Below, in pieces: positions 17,362 through 26,600 of a stretch of 64,000 nucleotides of DNA. The DNA is from an uncultured Candidatus Entotheonella sp. (GTDB lineage: Bacteria > Tectomicrobia > Entotheonellia > Entotheonellales > Entotheonellaceae). How positions within the stretch are numbered: position 1 is the stretch's first letter; each line of letters starts with the position of its first letter. The notes beneath the pieces were generated by a model. It saw only the letters and a program-made list of their open reading frames with translations, did no database searches and had not been told where the DNA came from. The stretch spans positions 665,489 to 729,488 of the forward strand of contig OY282375.1 of the NCBI GenBank assembly GCA_958295825.1. The letters are read 5' to 3'. Both the position numbers and the translations under genes were made by a program.

Positions 17362-18936
17362 ATGGCTTACGATCCGATTCGCCTGGAAGTTTTCAAGAAC
17401 CTGCTGAGCGGCATTGCCGAGGAGATGGGGGTGACGCTGTGCCGCACGGCGTTTTCGCCCAACATCAAGGAGCGCAAGGATTTCTCGTGCGCGCTGTTCG
17501 ACGGCGAGGGGCGCATGATCGCGCAGGCCGAGCACATCCCGGTGCACCTGGGGGCCATGCCGATGTCCGTGCTGCACGCCATCGAGCACGTGGACATGGC
17601 GCCCGGCGACGGCGTGCTGGTGAACGACCCGTACGGCGGCGGCACCCATCTGCCGGACATCACGCTGGTGACGCCCATTTTTGTCGGCAGCGACCGGCGG
17701 CCGTCGTTCTTTGCCGCCAATCGCGCCCACCACGCCGACGTGGGGGGCATGACGCCCGGTTCGATGCCGCTGTCAACCGAGGTGTTTCAGGAGGGCATTC
17801 GCATTCCGCCGGTCAAGATCATGGAGGACGGGCGCGTGCAACAGGACCTGCTGCGGCTGATCCTGGCCAACGTGCGCACGCCGCGCGAGCGCGAGGGCGA
17901 CCTGACGGCCCAGATCGCCGCCAACCGGACCGGCGAGCGGCGCCTGCAGGAGGTCATCGACAAGTACGGGCGGCCCGAGGTCGTCCATTACTGCGACGAA
18001 TTGCTGAACTACTCGGAACGCCTGACGCGGCACGTGATCGAGGCGATTCCCGAGGGCGACTACCGTTTTGAAGACGTGATGGATGATGACGGTATCGGTT
18101 CGGAAGCGGTGCGCATTCGGGTGACCGTGCGGGTGAGCGACACGCAGGCGGAGGTCGATTTCAGCGGCACCGACGCCCAGGTGCGTGGCAGCGTGAACGC
18201 CAACTGGGCGGTCACCATGTCGGCGGTGTATTACTGCATTCGCACCCTGGCGGAGCAGCAGTTTCCTTTCAACCACGGCTGCATGGTGCCCATACGGATC
18301 GTGGCCGACGAGGGCTCCGTGGTCCACTGCGCCTTTCCCAGCGCCGTGGCCGGCGGTAACGTCGAGACCTCGCAGCGCATCGTCGACGTGGTGCTCGGGG
18401 CGCTGTCGCAAGCGATGCCGGCGCGCGTCGCCGCGGCGTGCAGCGGCACCATGAACAACATCACCATCGGGGGATACGACGCCCGCAAGGGGGGGCCGTA
18501 TACCTATTACGAAACGATTGCCGGCGGCACCGGCGGGCGTCCCGGTCTGCCCGGCATGCACGCCACGCACGCGCACATGACCAACACGCTGAACACGCCG
18601 GTGGAGGCGCTGGAGCACGCCTTTCCGTTCCGCATCACGCGCTATGCCATCCGCCGCAACTCGGGCGGCAAGGGGCAGTTCGCGGGCGGCGACGGGATTG
18701 TCCGGGAGGTGGAGTTTCTCGATGCGGCGCAGGTGACCCTGCTGTCGGACCGGCGCAAGAGCCGTCCCTACGGGCTGGCAGGCGGCGAGCCGGGCAAGAG
18801 CGGCGAGACGGTTCTGCGGCACGACGACAGGCGGAAGAAGTTGCCGTCGAAGTTCAGCCTGCGGGCGCAGCCGGGGGATCGTCTGACGATTGCCACGCCC
18901 GGTGGCGGGGGTTACGGCGCGAAGGAAACGACCTGA
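17362..18936 (+). CDS. hyuB: Hydantoinase B / 5-oxoprolinase subunit, second paralog
   Basis: MAYDPIRLEVFKNLLSGIAEEMGVTLCRTAFSPNIKE... GGAGG RBS 5 nt upstream of the ATG at 17362. The track ORF starts 12 nt earlier. Confidence 0.85.
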   Translation: MAYDPIRLEVFKNLLSGIAEEMGVTLCRTAFSPNIKERKDFSCALFDGEGRMIAQAEHIPVHLGAMPMSVLHAIEHVDMAPGDGVLVNDPYGGGTHLPDITLVTPIFVGSDRRPSFFAANRAHHADVGGMTPGSMPLSTEVFQEGIRIPPVKIMEDGRVQQDLLRLILANVRTPREREGDLTAQIAANRTGERRLQEVIDKYGRPEVVHYCDELLNYSERLTRHVIEAIPEGDYRFEDVMDDDGIGSEAVRIRVTVRVSDTQAEVDFSGTDAQVRGSVNANWAVTMSAVYYCIRTLAEQQFPFNHGCMVPIRIVADEGSVVHCAFPSAVAGGNVETSQRIVDVVLGALSQAMPARVAAACSGTMNNITIGGYDARKGGPYTYYETIAGGTGGRPGLPGMHATHAHMTNTLNTPVEALEHAFPFRITRYAIRRNSGGKGQFAGGDGIVREVEFLDAAQVTLLSDRRKSRPYGLAGGEPGKSGETVLRHDDRRKKLPSKFSLRAQPGDRLTIATPGGGGYGAKETT

Positions 18937-19865
18937 ATCGGCAGCGGCATGAAACACAGGATGAAGATGACAAGGGCGAGGCAGGCGACGGCCCGGCTGG
19001 GGAGGTCGAGCGTCGCGCAGGGGTCGATAACCGCCGGGTGGCGGCGGCTGACGAATAAGCCGATCAGGGCCCAGATCCACCAGCCTTCCCACATCAGAAG
19101 GCCCATGCCCAGGAGCCCGGCGACGAGCGCCCAGGTGACGTAGCGGGCGCGCGCCCCTATCAGGGCATAGACAATGTGCCCGCCGTCGAGTTGGCCCATG
19201 GGGAGTAGGTTGAACATCGTCACCAGGATGCCGAACCAGGCGGCCATGCCGACACTGTTGAGGCTCAGCGTGGTCTCCGGCGGCAGCGGGCCAACCACGG
19301 CCTGGCTGATCACCTGCAGCAACAGCGGTTCTCCCAGCCTGAACCCGAATCCCACCTGCGAATTCGCCACCACCTCGGAAGTCGCGTAGCCGTAGAGCAT
19401 GGCGGGCAGCGCCACGCAAAAGCCGGCGATGGGCCCGGCGGCGGCGACGTAGAGCAAGGCGCGCCGATTGAGCGGCGGCGATTTCATGCGGATGAAGGCG
19501 CCGAAGGTGCCCACCGGCGGGATCGGCGAGGGGATGAAGTACGGCAAGGTCACGTCCATGCCGTAATAGCGCGCCGTCAGGTAATGACCCATTTCATGGC
19601 ACAGCAGGATGGCCATGAGCGTGCTGGCGTAGGGCAGGCCGCGGTGGAAGAGGTCGGGCCGCGCCAGCGGGTTGAGGCCCTCCCAGACCATGCCCGCCGC
19701 GACGGTCGTGACCAGGGTGGCGAGAAACAGCAACGCGTGCAGGACGCGGGACCGGCGGACGGGCGCCGTTGTGGCCATCGTGGGGACGCCCGTCCAGTCG
19801 GGCGCCGGAGCGTTCCAGGGCGAGCCGAGAGGTCGCGGCCATTGGGGGGAGTCAAAAGGGCGCAT
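18912..19865 (-). CDS. Site-2 protease (M50 family) membrane metalloprotease
   Basis: HEMGH zinc motif (LLCHEMGHYLTARY), LDGGH motif and multiple TM segments. The start may be the internal M at 19778. Confidence 0.7.
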   Translation of the reverse strand: MRPFDSPQWPRPLGSPWNAPAPDWTGVPTMATTAPVRRSRVLHALLFLATLVTTVAAGMVWEGLNPLARPDLFHRGLPYASTLMAILLCHEMGHYLTARYYGMDVTLPYFIPSPIPPVGTFGAFIRMKSPPLNRRALLYVAAAGPIAGFCVALPAMLYGYATSEVVANSQVGFGFRLGEPLLLQVISQAVVGPLPPETTLSLNSVGMAAWFGILVTMFNLLPMGQLDGGHIVYALIGARARYVTWALVAGLLGMGLLMWEGWWIWALIGLFVSRRHPAVIDPCATLDLPSRAVACLALVIFILCFMPLPIQVVSFAP

Positions 19866-19898
19866 GCGGGTACCTTCCGCGGGCGAGCCGTCCGGCGC

Positions 19899-20849
19899 TT
19901 ACGACGCCAGGACGGGTGCGTTACGGCGCTCGAAACAGGGCATGATCTCTTGCGCGTAGAAGGCCAGTTGGCGAATGAGCTGGTCGGGCGGGCAGGCCGG
20001 CCACAGGGCGTACTTGGTCAGGCCGTGTTCGCAATACCGTTGCAGGATGTCACGGCATTCGTCGGGCGTTCCCACGGCGCTGCGTTCGAGCATCATGTCC
20101 GGCGGCCGGCGCGGGTTGCCGGCAAAAAAGGCGGCAAAGTCACGCCGCGCCTTGTCGCCGTCCGGGTCGACGTGGCAGAAGACAATGCTGCCGGACTCGA
20201 TGCTCTCGGGCTGGCGTCCGTATGCCGGCGCAAACGCGGCGATTTTTTCGATGCCCGCGGCGAATTCCTGCGGCGTGACGAAGGAGGCGAACCAGCCGTC
20301 GCCGACGCGCGCCACCCGTTTGAGCGCGGCGTCACTGCGCCCGCCGACCCAGATGTCGATTTTCTGTCGTGGACGCGGGGTGATCGTTACGTGCTCGAAC
20401 TGGTAATGCTTGCCGTGGTGGGTGACGTCAGATTCCCGCCACAAGCGGCGCAGGACGGCGATGCTTTCGTCGGTCATGCCGCCGCGCGACTTGAGCGGCA
20501 CCTTGAAAGCCTCGGCTTCCTGCTTGTCGGCGCCGAGCCCGGCGGCCATGATCATGCGTCCGTTCGACAGGTAGGCCAGCGTCGCCACCTCGCGGGCCAC
20601 CGCGATGGGGTGGCGGAGGGGCATCATCATGACACTGGGGCCGAATTTGAGGCGCCGGGTGCGCGCCGCGATCGCCGCCATCATGGGAACGATGGCCACC
20701 TCTTCGCGGTTTCCCATCATGTGGTCGCTGAGCCAGACGGAATCGACACCCCAAGCTTCGGCTTTGTCGATGTACTCGAACAGCGTTGCGGCGTCCGGCA
20801 TGCCCTGGTGCCACAGCCCCAAGCCAATGCCCATCTTGATGCTTGTCAT
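19899..20849 (-). CDS. LLM-class (luciferase-like) flavin/F420-dependent oxidoreductase
   Basis: 316 aa, ...VDSVWLSDHMMG...FGPSVMMMPLRHPIAVAREVATLAYLSNGR..., typical of the LLM family. Confidence 0.75.
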   Translation of the reverse strand: MTSIKMGIGLGLWHQGMPDAATLFEYIDKAEAWGVDSVWLSDHMMGNREEVAIVPMMAAIAARTRRLKFGPSVMMMPLRHPIAVAREVATLAYLSNGRMIMAAGLGADKQEAEAFKVPLKSRGGMTDESIAVLRRLWRESDVTHHGKHYQFEHVTITPRPRQKIDIWVGGRSDAALKRVARVGDGWFASFVTPQEFAAGIEKIAAFAPAYGRQPESIESGSIVFCHVDPDGDKARRDFAAFFAGNPRRPPDMMLERSAVGTPDECRDILQRYCEHGLTKYALWPACPPDQLIRQLAFYAQEIMPCFERRNAPVLAS

Positions 20850-20917
20850 GGTTTCCTCCTGAAAAGGCGGCCATTGTAGCGGGTTGGCCAGGGTGTCGCA
20901 AACAGCCGCCGGGCCGG

Positions 20918-21646
20918 TCAGGTTGCGGGTCGGGACAGTTCCCGGACGTGCGGCTCGCCGGCGATGAGCTCGCCCACCAGCACCAGGTCGGCGAGGCCCA
21001 CGAACAGGCCATTTTCGACAACGCCGGGAATGTTGTTCAAAGTCCGTTCGAGGCGCGCGGGGTCGTCAATGGCCTGGAACGTGACGTCCAGCAGCATGTT
21101 GCCCTGGTCGGTGATCAGAGGACCGATTTTCTTCGCGCCCATGCGCAGCTGCGGGTGGCCGCCCAAGCGCTCGATGGCGCGCGTTACGGGTACGACGGCC
21201 AGCGGCAGCAGCTCGACGGGCACGGCGAACGTGGAGCCGAGACGCGGCACCAGTTTCTTGTCATCGACGATGACGATGAACAGGTCGGCATGGGCGTCGA
21301 TGATTTTTTCCTGCGTATGGGCCGCGCCGCCGCCTTTGATCAGCGCCAGGTGCGGGTCCACCTCGTCGGCGCCGTCGATGGCGACGTGGATGCGGGGCGT
21401 GTCGTCCATGGTGGTGAGGGGAATGCCGTTGCGTCTTGCCAGGTTGGCGGCGTCGAAAGACGTGGCAACGCCGCGAACGTCCGTGAGGTCGCCGGTCCGC
21501 AAACGCTGCCCGAGGTGCTCGATGACGAACGCCGCGGTGGAGCCGCTGCCGAGCCCCACCACGCTGCCGGACGCCACGCGGGCCGCGGCGGCCTGTCCGA
21601 CGGCGCTTTTCAGCCGTTGTCGCGTGTCGGGGTTGCTGTCGTTCAT
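20918..21646 (-). CDS. rpiA: Ribose-5-phosphate isomerase A
   Basis: ...[17 protein letters not shown]...[27 protein letters not shown]... are RpiA motifs. The start is taken at the internal ATG (MNDSNPDT...), because the track ORF extends upstream into the intergenic region. Confidence 0.8.
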   Translation of the reverse strand: MNDSNPDTRQRLKSAVGQAAAARVASGSVVGLGSGSTAAFVIEHLGQRLRTGDLTDVRGVATSFDAANLARRNGIPLTTMDDTPRIHVAIDGADEVDPHLALIKGGGAAHTQEKIIDAHADLFIVIVDDKKLVPRLGSTFAVPVELLPLAVVPVTRAIERLGGHPQLRMGAKKIGPLITDQGNMLLDVTFQAIDDPARLERTLNNIPGVVENGLFVGLADLVLVGELIAGEPHVRELSRPAT

Positions 21647-21737
21647 GGCTGTTTCCTCCGCATCATGGCGGTTTGCCTTTGCGTTCCGGCGCTTCTGGAA
21701 TATCCTATCCGCTACCTGTACCTGGAGACGAAAAACC

Positions 21738-22877
21738 ATGCACCCTTCCGACGACCCGCAACGCTCCTCCTACGAGTCCGTCAGGCGCTGGCGCCTGTGG
21801 GCCTTGGGATTCCTCCTTCTGGCGCTCGTCTGGTTGTTCGTGAGCCGCGTCGGCGTCGGCGTGTACGACCCCGACGCGGTGCCGCGGGCCATCACGCCGC
21901 GCGGCGAGTTGGCGCCGGACGAGCAGACCACGATCGATCTGTTCCGCAATGCCTCGCCGTCCGTCGTCTACATCACGACGGTGGCGCTGCGGACGGATCG
22001 TTACAGCCTCAACCTGTTCGAAATTCCGCAGGGTACCGGGTCGGGATTCGTGTGGGACGACGAGGGGCACGTCATCACGAATTTTCACGTCATTCAAGAC
22101 GCCAGCGCCGCCCGGGTAACCCTGGCGGATCACACCACGTGGGAGGCGCGGCTGGCCGGTGCGGCGCCCGACCAGGACCTGGCCATGCTGCACATCAACG
22201 CGCCGAGCCATCGCCTGCGGCCGATTGCGATCGGCGCCTCCAGCGGCCTGCAGGTCGGGCAGAAAGTGTTCGCCATCGGCAACCCGTTCGGATTGGATCA
22301 AACGCTGACGACGGGCGTCATCAGCGCCCTGGGACGGGAGATCACCTCGGTTACGGGACGGACGATCACGGGCGTCATTCAGACGGACGCGGCGATCAAT
22401 CCGGGCAATTCGGGTGGCCCGTTGCTGGACAGCGCCAGCCGGCTGATTGGTGTCAACACGGCGATTTACAGCCCGTCGGGCTCCAGCGCCGGCATCGGTT
22501 TCGCGGTGCCGGTGGATACCGTCAACCGGGTGGTGCCGCAGTTGTTGCGTCATGGCAGGGTGGTGCGTCCGGGCTTAGGCGCGCGCTTTGCCGATGACGA
22601 CACGGCGCGGCGGCTGGGCTTGTCCGGCGTTCTGGTACTCGACGTGATCGAGGCCGGCGCCGCGGCGGTCGCCGGACTGCGGGGCACCGGGCGCGACGCA
22701 CAAGGCAGGTTGATTCTGGGTGATGTCATTGTAAGCGTGGAGACGCGCCCGGTGTCATCCCTGAATGATCTCCACGACGCGCTGGCGGCCTTCGAGGTGG
22801 GCGCCGTCGTACAGGTGACCTTCATCCGCAACGCCCGGCGCCGCAGCATGCCGGTAGTCCTCCAGGCGTTGCCGTGA
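21738..22877 (+). CDS. htrA: HtrA/DegP-family serine protease (trypsin-like domain plus PDZ)
   Basis: [12 protein letters not shown]... with a TM segment. Catalytic motifs HVITNFHVI and GNSGGPL. C-terminal PDZ-like region. The long + ORF 20964-22877 is an open-frame extension. Confidence 0.85.
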   Translation: MHPSDDPQRSSYESVRRWRLWALGFLLLALVWLFVSRVGVGVYDPDAVPRAITPRGELAPDEQTTIDLFRNASPSVVYITTVALRTDRYSLNLFEIPQGTGSGFVWDDEGHVITNFHVIQDASAARVTLADHTTWEARLAGAAPDQDLAMLHINAPSHRLRPIAIGASSGLQVGQKVFAIGNPFGLDQTLTTGVISALGREITSVTGRTITGVIQTDAAINPGNSGGPLLDSASRLIGVNTAIYSPSGSSAGIGFAVPVDTVNRVVPQLLRHGRVVRPGLGARFADDDTARRLGLSGVLVLDVIEAGAAAVAGLRGTGRDAQGRLILGDVIVSVETRPVSSLNDLHDALAAFEVGAVVQVTFIRNARRRSMPVVLQALP

Positions 22878-22978
22878 AGCATAGGGATGCGGCCGGCCGC
22901 GCGTGCGCCGGCGGCGTTTCGTTTGCGCTGCGCTGGTCCGTAAGAGGAGATAGGCTCTTCAGTAGCTTGGGTAAGAAG

Positions 22979-23740
22979 TTAAATGCCCGTAGGCGTCTGG
23001 GAGAACAGCTTGATATCGAAAGCGGCAGGTTTATCTTCCCCGAACCGAATAACTGATTTTTCCCGGAATGATACCGGAATGTCCAACTGCCGCCAGCCTG
23101 TCGATTCTTCTTGGACGGCTTCAATCCGTGTCAGGACTTCTTCATCAACGTCATTCCTGATGTGGAAGAAGACATTGTTGGGTCGACTCTCACACTCAAT
23201 AAATCCGTACCCCTTTTCTTTATTAAAGTTGATGATCTTTCCCTGCAACAACTCCTCGCTGAGCGTCACGGCTCGCGAAGATTTGATGGTTTTTTCCATG
23301 TCTTGCAAGCGTCGGATATTCTCTTCGAGATCGAAGAACTCGAAAGAGAAGTTGCGGGTGAGCCGTAAACCAACAACGCGACGATACTTGTAAGCACGAT
23401 TGAACACCAGCGTCAAGAGTGCGGCATAGACCAGCGTGGCGGCGCCCTGTTCAATATCAGCCGTAGGGTCGGCTTCCAAATACACCGCTTTAGGAACGAT
23501 GATGTTTTTCTTCTGAACGTAGGCGAAGTCGCGCTGCTTTGCCACATCGTCTTTATTGGCCGTGATCTGTATGCCGATATGCTCCGGTAGCCGTGCCACG
23601 TCTCGAAAGCCGTTCACGATGAAGTCGAGCTTGTACTGGTGATCGTACGTTTGATCGTAGTAGATACGGCATCCCAACGCTTCAAGTTTGGTGCGTAGAC
23701 GTTCCTCAAAGTTGATCCCGTGAATGAAAGGACGATTCAT
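22979..23740 (-). CDS. Hypothetical protein with an internal cold-shock (CSD/S1-like) nucleic-acid-binding domain; AT-rich, probably horizontally acquired
   Basis: 253 aa. Cold-shock-like segment GKIINFNKEKGYGFIECESRPNNVFFHIRNDVDEEV. The N-terminal ~160 aa and C-terminal ~50 aa have no recognisable family. Local GC is well below that of the flanks. Confidence 0.55.
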   Translation of the reverse strand: MNRPFIHGINFEERLRTKLEALGCRIYYDQTYDHQYKLDFIVNGFRDVARLPEHIGIQITANKDDVAKQRDFAYVQKKNIIVPKAVYLEADPTADIEQGAATLVYAALLTLVFNRAYKYRRVVGLRLTRNFSFEFFDLEENIRRLQDMEKTIKSSRAVTLSEELLQGKIINFNKEKGYGFIECESRPNNVFFHIRNDVDEEVLTRIEAVQEESTGWRQLDIPVSFREKSVIRFGEDKPAAFDIKLFSQTPTGI

Positions 23741-24068
23741 TGAGATATCTCCTTCGTGTTACACACCAAAGAGGACAATATCTCGCGCCCGGGACCAGGG
23801 TCGGGCAAACGGAATTTTGCAATTGTCACAGAGCGGGTACTGGCTTCGGAGGGCTAGAATAACAGAACGCTTTTGGGGGCGCAAATGCGGCGCGAGCGCG
23901 CGCGGAAGGGGGTGTTCTCAGTCGTTTCCGGGTCCGTGGGAGTCAGGAATTCCGCTGCCTTGCGGCAAATTGACGGGGCCATGCGGGTTCTCTGCATTGG
24001 CTGTTCCGGCTTTCCTCAGAGCAGAGGAAAATCAGAGGCTTTTGACCTTCTCGAAGTGGAGGAGTGGT

Positions 24069-25181
24069 GTGAACCACAGCAGATCAGGATGGATGCTTGG
24101 CGCGGTATTGGGTTTGGTTCTTACGTTGGGTAGCGACGCGCGGTCGCAGGACATGCAATCGTTCGATCTGCCGGCGTGCGCCCGTGACGCCGCAACGGAC
24201 GTGGTGCTGAATGACCGGGTGCTGGATGCCATGATCGAGGCGGCGGCTGCCGCCGGGGTTCGACCGGACCGTCAACAAGAGAAATTCTTCATCGTGTTGC
24301 AGCATTACCTGGGCTCGAGTGGGAACCTCTTGTTCGTCTCTCGCACGTCGGGCGAGGGGCCTGTTTTATGGCGCGGCAATTGCGAGCCGGAGCCGAGCGC
24401 CGCCGCCCACGTGCAAGCCTACGTAAGCGGCCTGACGGCGCAGCAGCAGCGCGCCTTGGTGACCTATCGCAACCTGGTTGTGACGGCTGACGTGGAGCCT
24501 GCGGCGCCCGAGATGCCGTCAATCCCGTCAATGGCGGACATGGTCCGCATTCCGGCCGGCGCCTTTCAGCGCGGCGATGGCGCGACGGCGACGTTGGCGG
24601 CCTTCGCCATAGACGTGTACGAGGTGACCAATGCCGAATACCAGCGCTTCATCGCCGCCGGCGGGTACGCCGAGGCCGGCTACTGGCTGCCGGCAGGATG
24701 GGCTTGGCGCCAAAGCAAGGGACGTGAGCGGCCCAGCTATTGGGACAACGAGGATTTCAACACCGCCCGGCAGCCCGTGGTCGGGGTGACGTGGTACGAG
24801 GCCGATGCGTATTGCCGCTGGGCCGGCAAGTCGCTTCCCGAGGAGCCGCAGTGGGACAAAGCATGCCGGGGCATTGACGGCCGCGCCTTTCCGTGGGGCA
24901 GCGAGCCGCTGGCGGGGGAGGGAACCGGGCAGTCGTCCTTCACCCTGCCGGTCGCCGTGGGGGGCCTGCCTCAGACACCGAGTCCGTACGGCGTCTACGA
25001 CCTGGCCGGTAACGTTTTGGAGTGGAGCGGTACGGCGAACGAGCGGGGCGGCCGCGTGCTGTGCGGCGGCTCCGGCGCCAGCGATTCGCGTCACGTCGGG
25101 TGCGGCGTGCGCTCGGTCCTGCTGCCGGGTGTTGCGGCGAATTTCGTCGGGTTTCGCTGCCAGCAGGCGGCGGCTCAATAA
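24069..25181 (+). CDS. Formylglycine-generating enzyme (SUMF1/FGE-sulfatase domain) family protein, secreted
   Basis: ...DMVRIPAGAFQRGDG...YEVTNAEYQRFIAAGGY...RPSYWDN...QPVVGVTWYEADAYCRWAGKSLPEEPQWDKACRG...YDLAGNVLEWS... are FGE-family motifs. GTG start with a GGAGGA RBS and a signal-like MLGAVLGLVLTLGS. The track ORF 23724-25181 is over-extended. Confidence 0.7.
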   Translation: MNHSRSGWMLGAVLGLVLTLGSDARSQDMQSFDLPACARDAATDVVLNDRVLDAMIEAAAAAGVRPDRQQEKFFIVLQHYLGSSGNLLFVSRTSGEGPVLWRGNCEPEPSAAAHVQAYVSGLTAQQQRALVTYRNLVVTADVEPAAPEMPSIPSMADMVRIPAGAFQRGDGATATLAAFAIDVYEVTNAEYQRFIAAGGYAEAGYWLPAGWAWRQSKGRERPSYWDNEDFNTARQPVVGVTWYEADAYCRWAGKSLPEEPQWDKACRGIDGRAFPWGSEPLAGEGTGQSSFTLPVAVGGLPQTPSPYGVYDLAGNVLEWSGTANERGGRVLCGGSGASDSRHVGCGVRSVLLPGVAANFVGFRCQQAAAQ

Positions 25182-25241
25182 GCCTGCCCCATGTAGGCCG
25201 GGTTGAGGTGCCCCATACCGCCGTCCACGCTGATCACTTGG
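25133..25241. repeat. Direct repeat copy A (about 109 bp) covering the FGE gene 3' end and a copy of the SDR 3' end
   Basis: Near-identical to 26489-26600 (...gtcgggtttcgctgccagcaggcggcggctcaataagcctg(c/t)cccatgtaggccgggttgaggtgccccataccgccgtccacgctgatcacttgg). Confidence 0.8.
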
Positions 25242-25243
25242 CA

Positions 25244-25350
25244 GATGATGCCCTTCGGCCAACGGAGTTGTTCAAGATGCTCGATGCAGGCATCTTCGGT
25301 GGGAAATGCTTCCAGCAGAGCGTAAAGGCTATCATATTCTTTGGTGTTCA
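25244..25350 (-). pseudogene. N-terminal fragment of an IS1595-family transposase (zinc-ribbon region), fused in frame to the duplicated SDR C-terminus
   Basis: Minus-strand MNTKEYDSLYALLEAFPTEDACIEHLEQLRWPKGIIC... matches the IS1595 Zn-ribbon N-terminus. The ORF then continues into repeat copy A as QVISVDGGMGHLNPAYMGQAY*, identical to the SDR C-terminus. Confidence 0.45.
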
Positions 25351-25485
25351 TGGCGGTGTCTCCCTCTTACACAACCAATATAATGCCAACAATATAATGC
25401 CAATTGTCGTGTCAAGTATGTAATTCCCTTTCCGAACCCGCGCGGAGCGGGTATTCCATGACCGAATTCTCACTTGGAGGGGGCA

Positions 25486-26460
25486 ATGAAGCGATTCAAT
25501 CCCTGGCTGCCGATGCCGATTGTGATGACGATCGGCTTGGTATCGTCCCTGTTGGCTGGCTGCGGCGGAAGTACGGTATCTGAACCCGCGGTGATGGACG
25601 CCGCTCTGACGGCGGAAGAGGTCAAGCTCGGTACGATTGCGCGAGTGGAATCCGCCACCGCCGTACTTGCGAGCGATCAACACGTGTTCCGCTTTGATGG
25701 TGAATCGTCCCGCACCTTCACGAAGTGCGACGGGACGGTCTGTGGCGTCAGTCCGACTGCCGCGGGCATTGAAGGCGCCCTGCAGCGTGCTCGAAGCGAC
25801 CCTCGATTCGACTTCGGAAATCACCATTTCGCCCAGCGCCTGAAAGATTCTCTGGAACTCAAACCACAAGCTGGATCTGCCCTCGGTGTCTCACTCGTGG
25901 AAGGCTTCGGCCTGCGGACGGCCGGGGAACGAGCGTTCAGTGCGAAGTTCTACGGCGGTTGGCTCGACGAGGGAGCCTTCTTCGTCAACCGTGCGGTCCT
26001 AACGGTTAGAGACGAACGGGGTCAGCCCATCGGGCTTGGCACCGTCTTCGACGCCAGCGCCCTCGGCGTGGCGAACGACGTGGCGCCGGTGGTCACGCAG
26101 GGCATGTCCGGAACCTGGAAAGGCATGATGATCGGCACGGATGTCAGCGACAACGTGACCCGCGGTCAGTTCGTGCGAGGCGATGCGACGCTCAGCATCG
26201 ACGACTTCGTTAATCCGGACGTCGACGTCGCTTTCAGCAATCTCCACGAGCTGGAGACCGGCGCCAAGCTGGATGGCAGGAGCATCCCGGCATGGGAGGA
26301 CATTCCCCTTGCCGGCGGTACCTTCGGGGAAAAGCCGGTTGGGAGCACGGACTACGTCGAGGGCCAGTTCGTTGGCGAGAACCACGCCGGCGTCGTGGGC
26401 ATTTTCGAACGCAGCAACATCGTCGGCTCGTTCGGCGCGAACCGACAGCCCGGCGAGTAG
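25486..26460 (+). CDS. Surface lipoprotein with C-terminal TbpB/fHbp-like beta-barrel ('handle') domain
   Basis: Lipoprotein signal MKRFNPWLPMPIVMTIGLVSSLLAGCGG. C-terminus ...YVEGQFVGENHAGVVGIFERSNIVGSFGANRQ fits the transferrin-binding-protein-B-like 8-stranded barrel ending (G.FGA.RQ). Paralog of the C-terminal domain of 53949-55553. Confidence 0.6.
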   Translation: MKRFNPWLPMPIVMTIGLVSSLLAGCGGSTVSEPAVMDAALTAEEVKLGTIARVESATAVLASDQHVFRFDGESSRTFTKCDGTVCGVSPTAAGIEGALQRARSDPRFDFGNHHFAQRLKDSLELKPQAGSALGVSLVEGFGLRTAGERAFSAKFYGGWLDEGAFFVNRAVLTVRDERGQPIGLGTVFDASALGVANDVAPVVTQGMSGTWKGMMIGTDVSDNVTRGQFVRGDATLSIDDFVNPDVDVAFSNLHELETGAKLDGRSIPAWEDIPLAGGTFGEKPVGSTDYVEGQFVGENHAGVVGIFERSNIVGSFGANRQPGE

Positions 26461-26488
26461 ACGACTCTTGCTGGCCACTCGGCACCGT

Positions 26489-26600
26489 CGCGGCGTGAAC
26501 GTTCGTCGGGTTTCGCTGCCAGCAGGCGGCGGCTCAATAAGCCTGTCCCATGTAGGCCGGGTTGAGGTGCCCCATACCGCCGTCCACGCTGATCACTTGG
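26489..26600. repeat. Direct repeat copy B (about 112 bp) at the true SDR 3' end
   Basis: See copy A. The two copies flank the lipoprotein gene plus the IS1595 fragment. Confidence 0.8.

Noticed and set aside
15363-19419. Long minus-strand ORFs (15363-16295, 16347-17363, 17773-19419) and several + ORFs overlapping hyuA2/hyuB2
   Set aside because: All overlap the hydantoinase A/B genes, whose identity is unambiguous. Their Arg/Ala/Gly-rich composition is typical of spurious ORFs.
20964-21737. Upstream extension of the htrA ORF (track ORF 20964-22877, 637 aa)
   Set aside because: The extension overlaps rpiA on the opposite strand and has no protease homology. The HtrA-like sequence, TM segment and translation start begin at 21738.
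23724-24068. N-terminal extension of the FGE-family ORF
   Set aside because: The FGE domain and a signal-like segment start near 24069 (GTG with GGAGGA RBS). The upstream 115 codons overlap the divergent CSD gene promoter region and have no homology.
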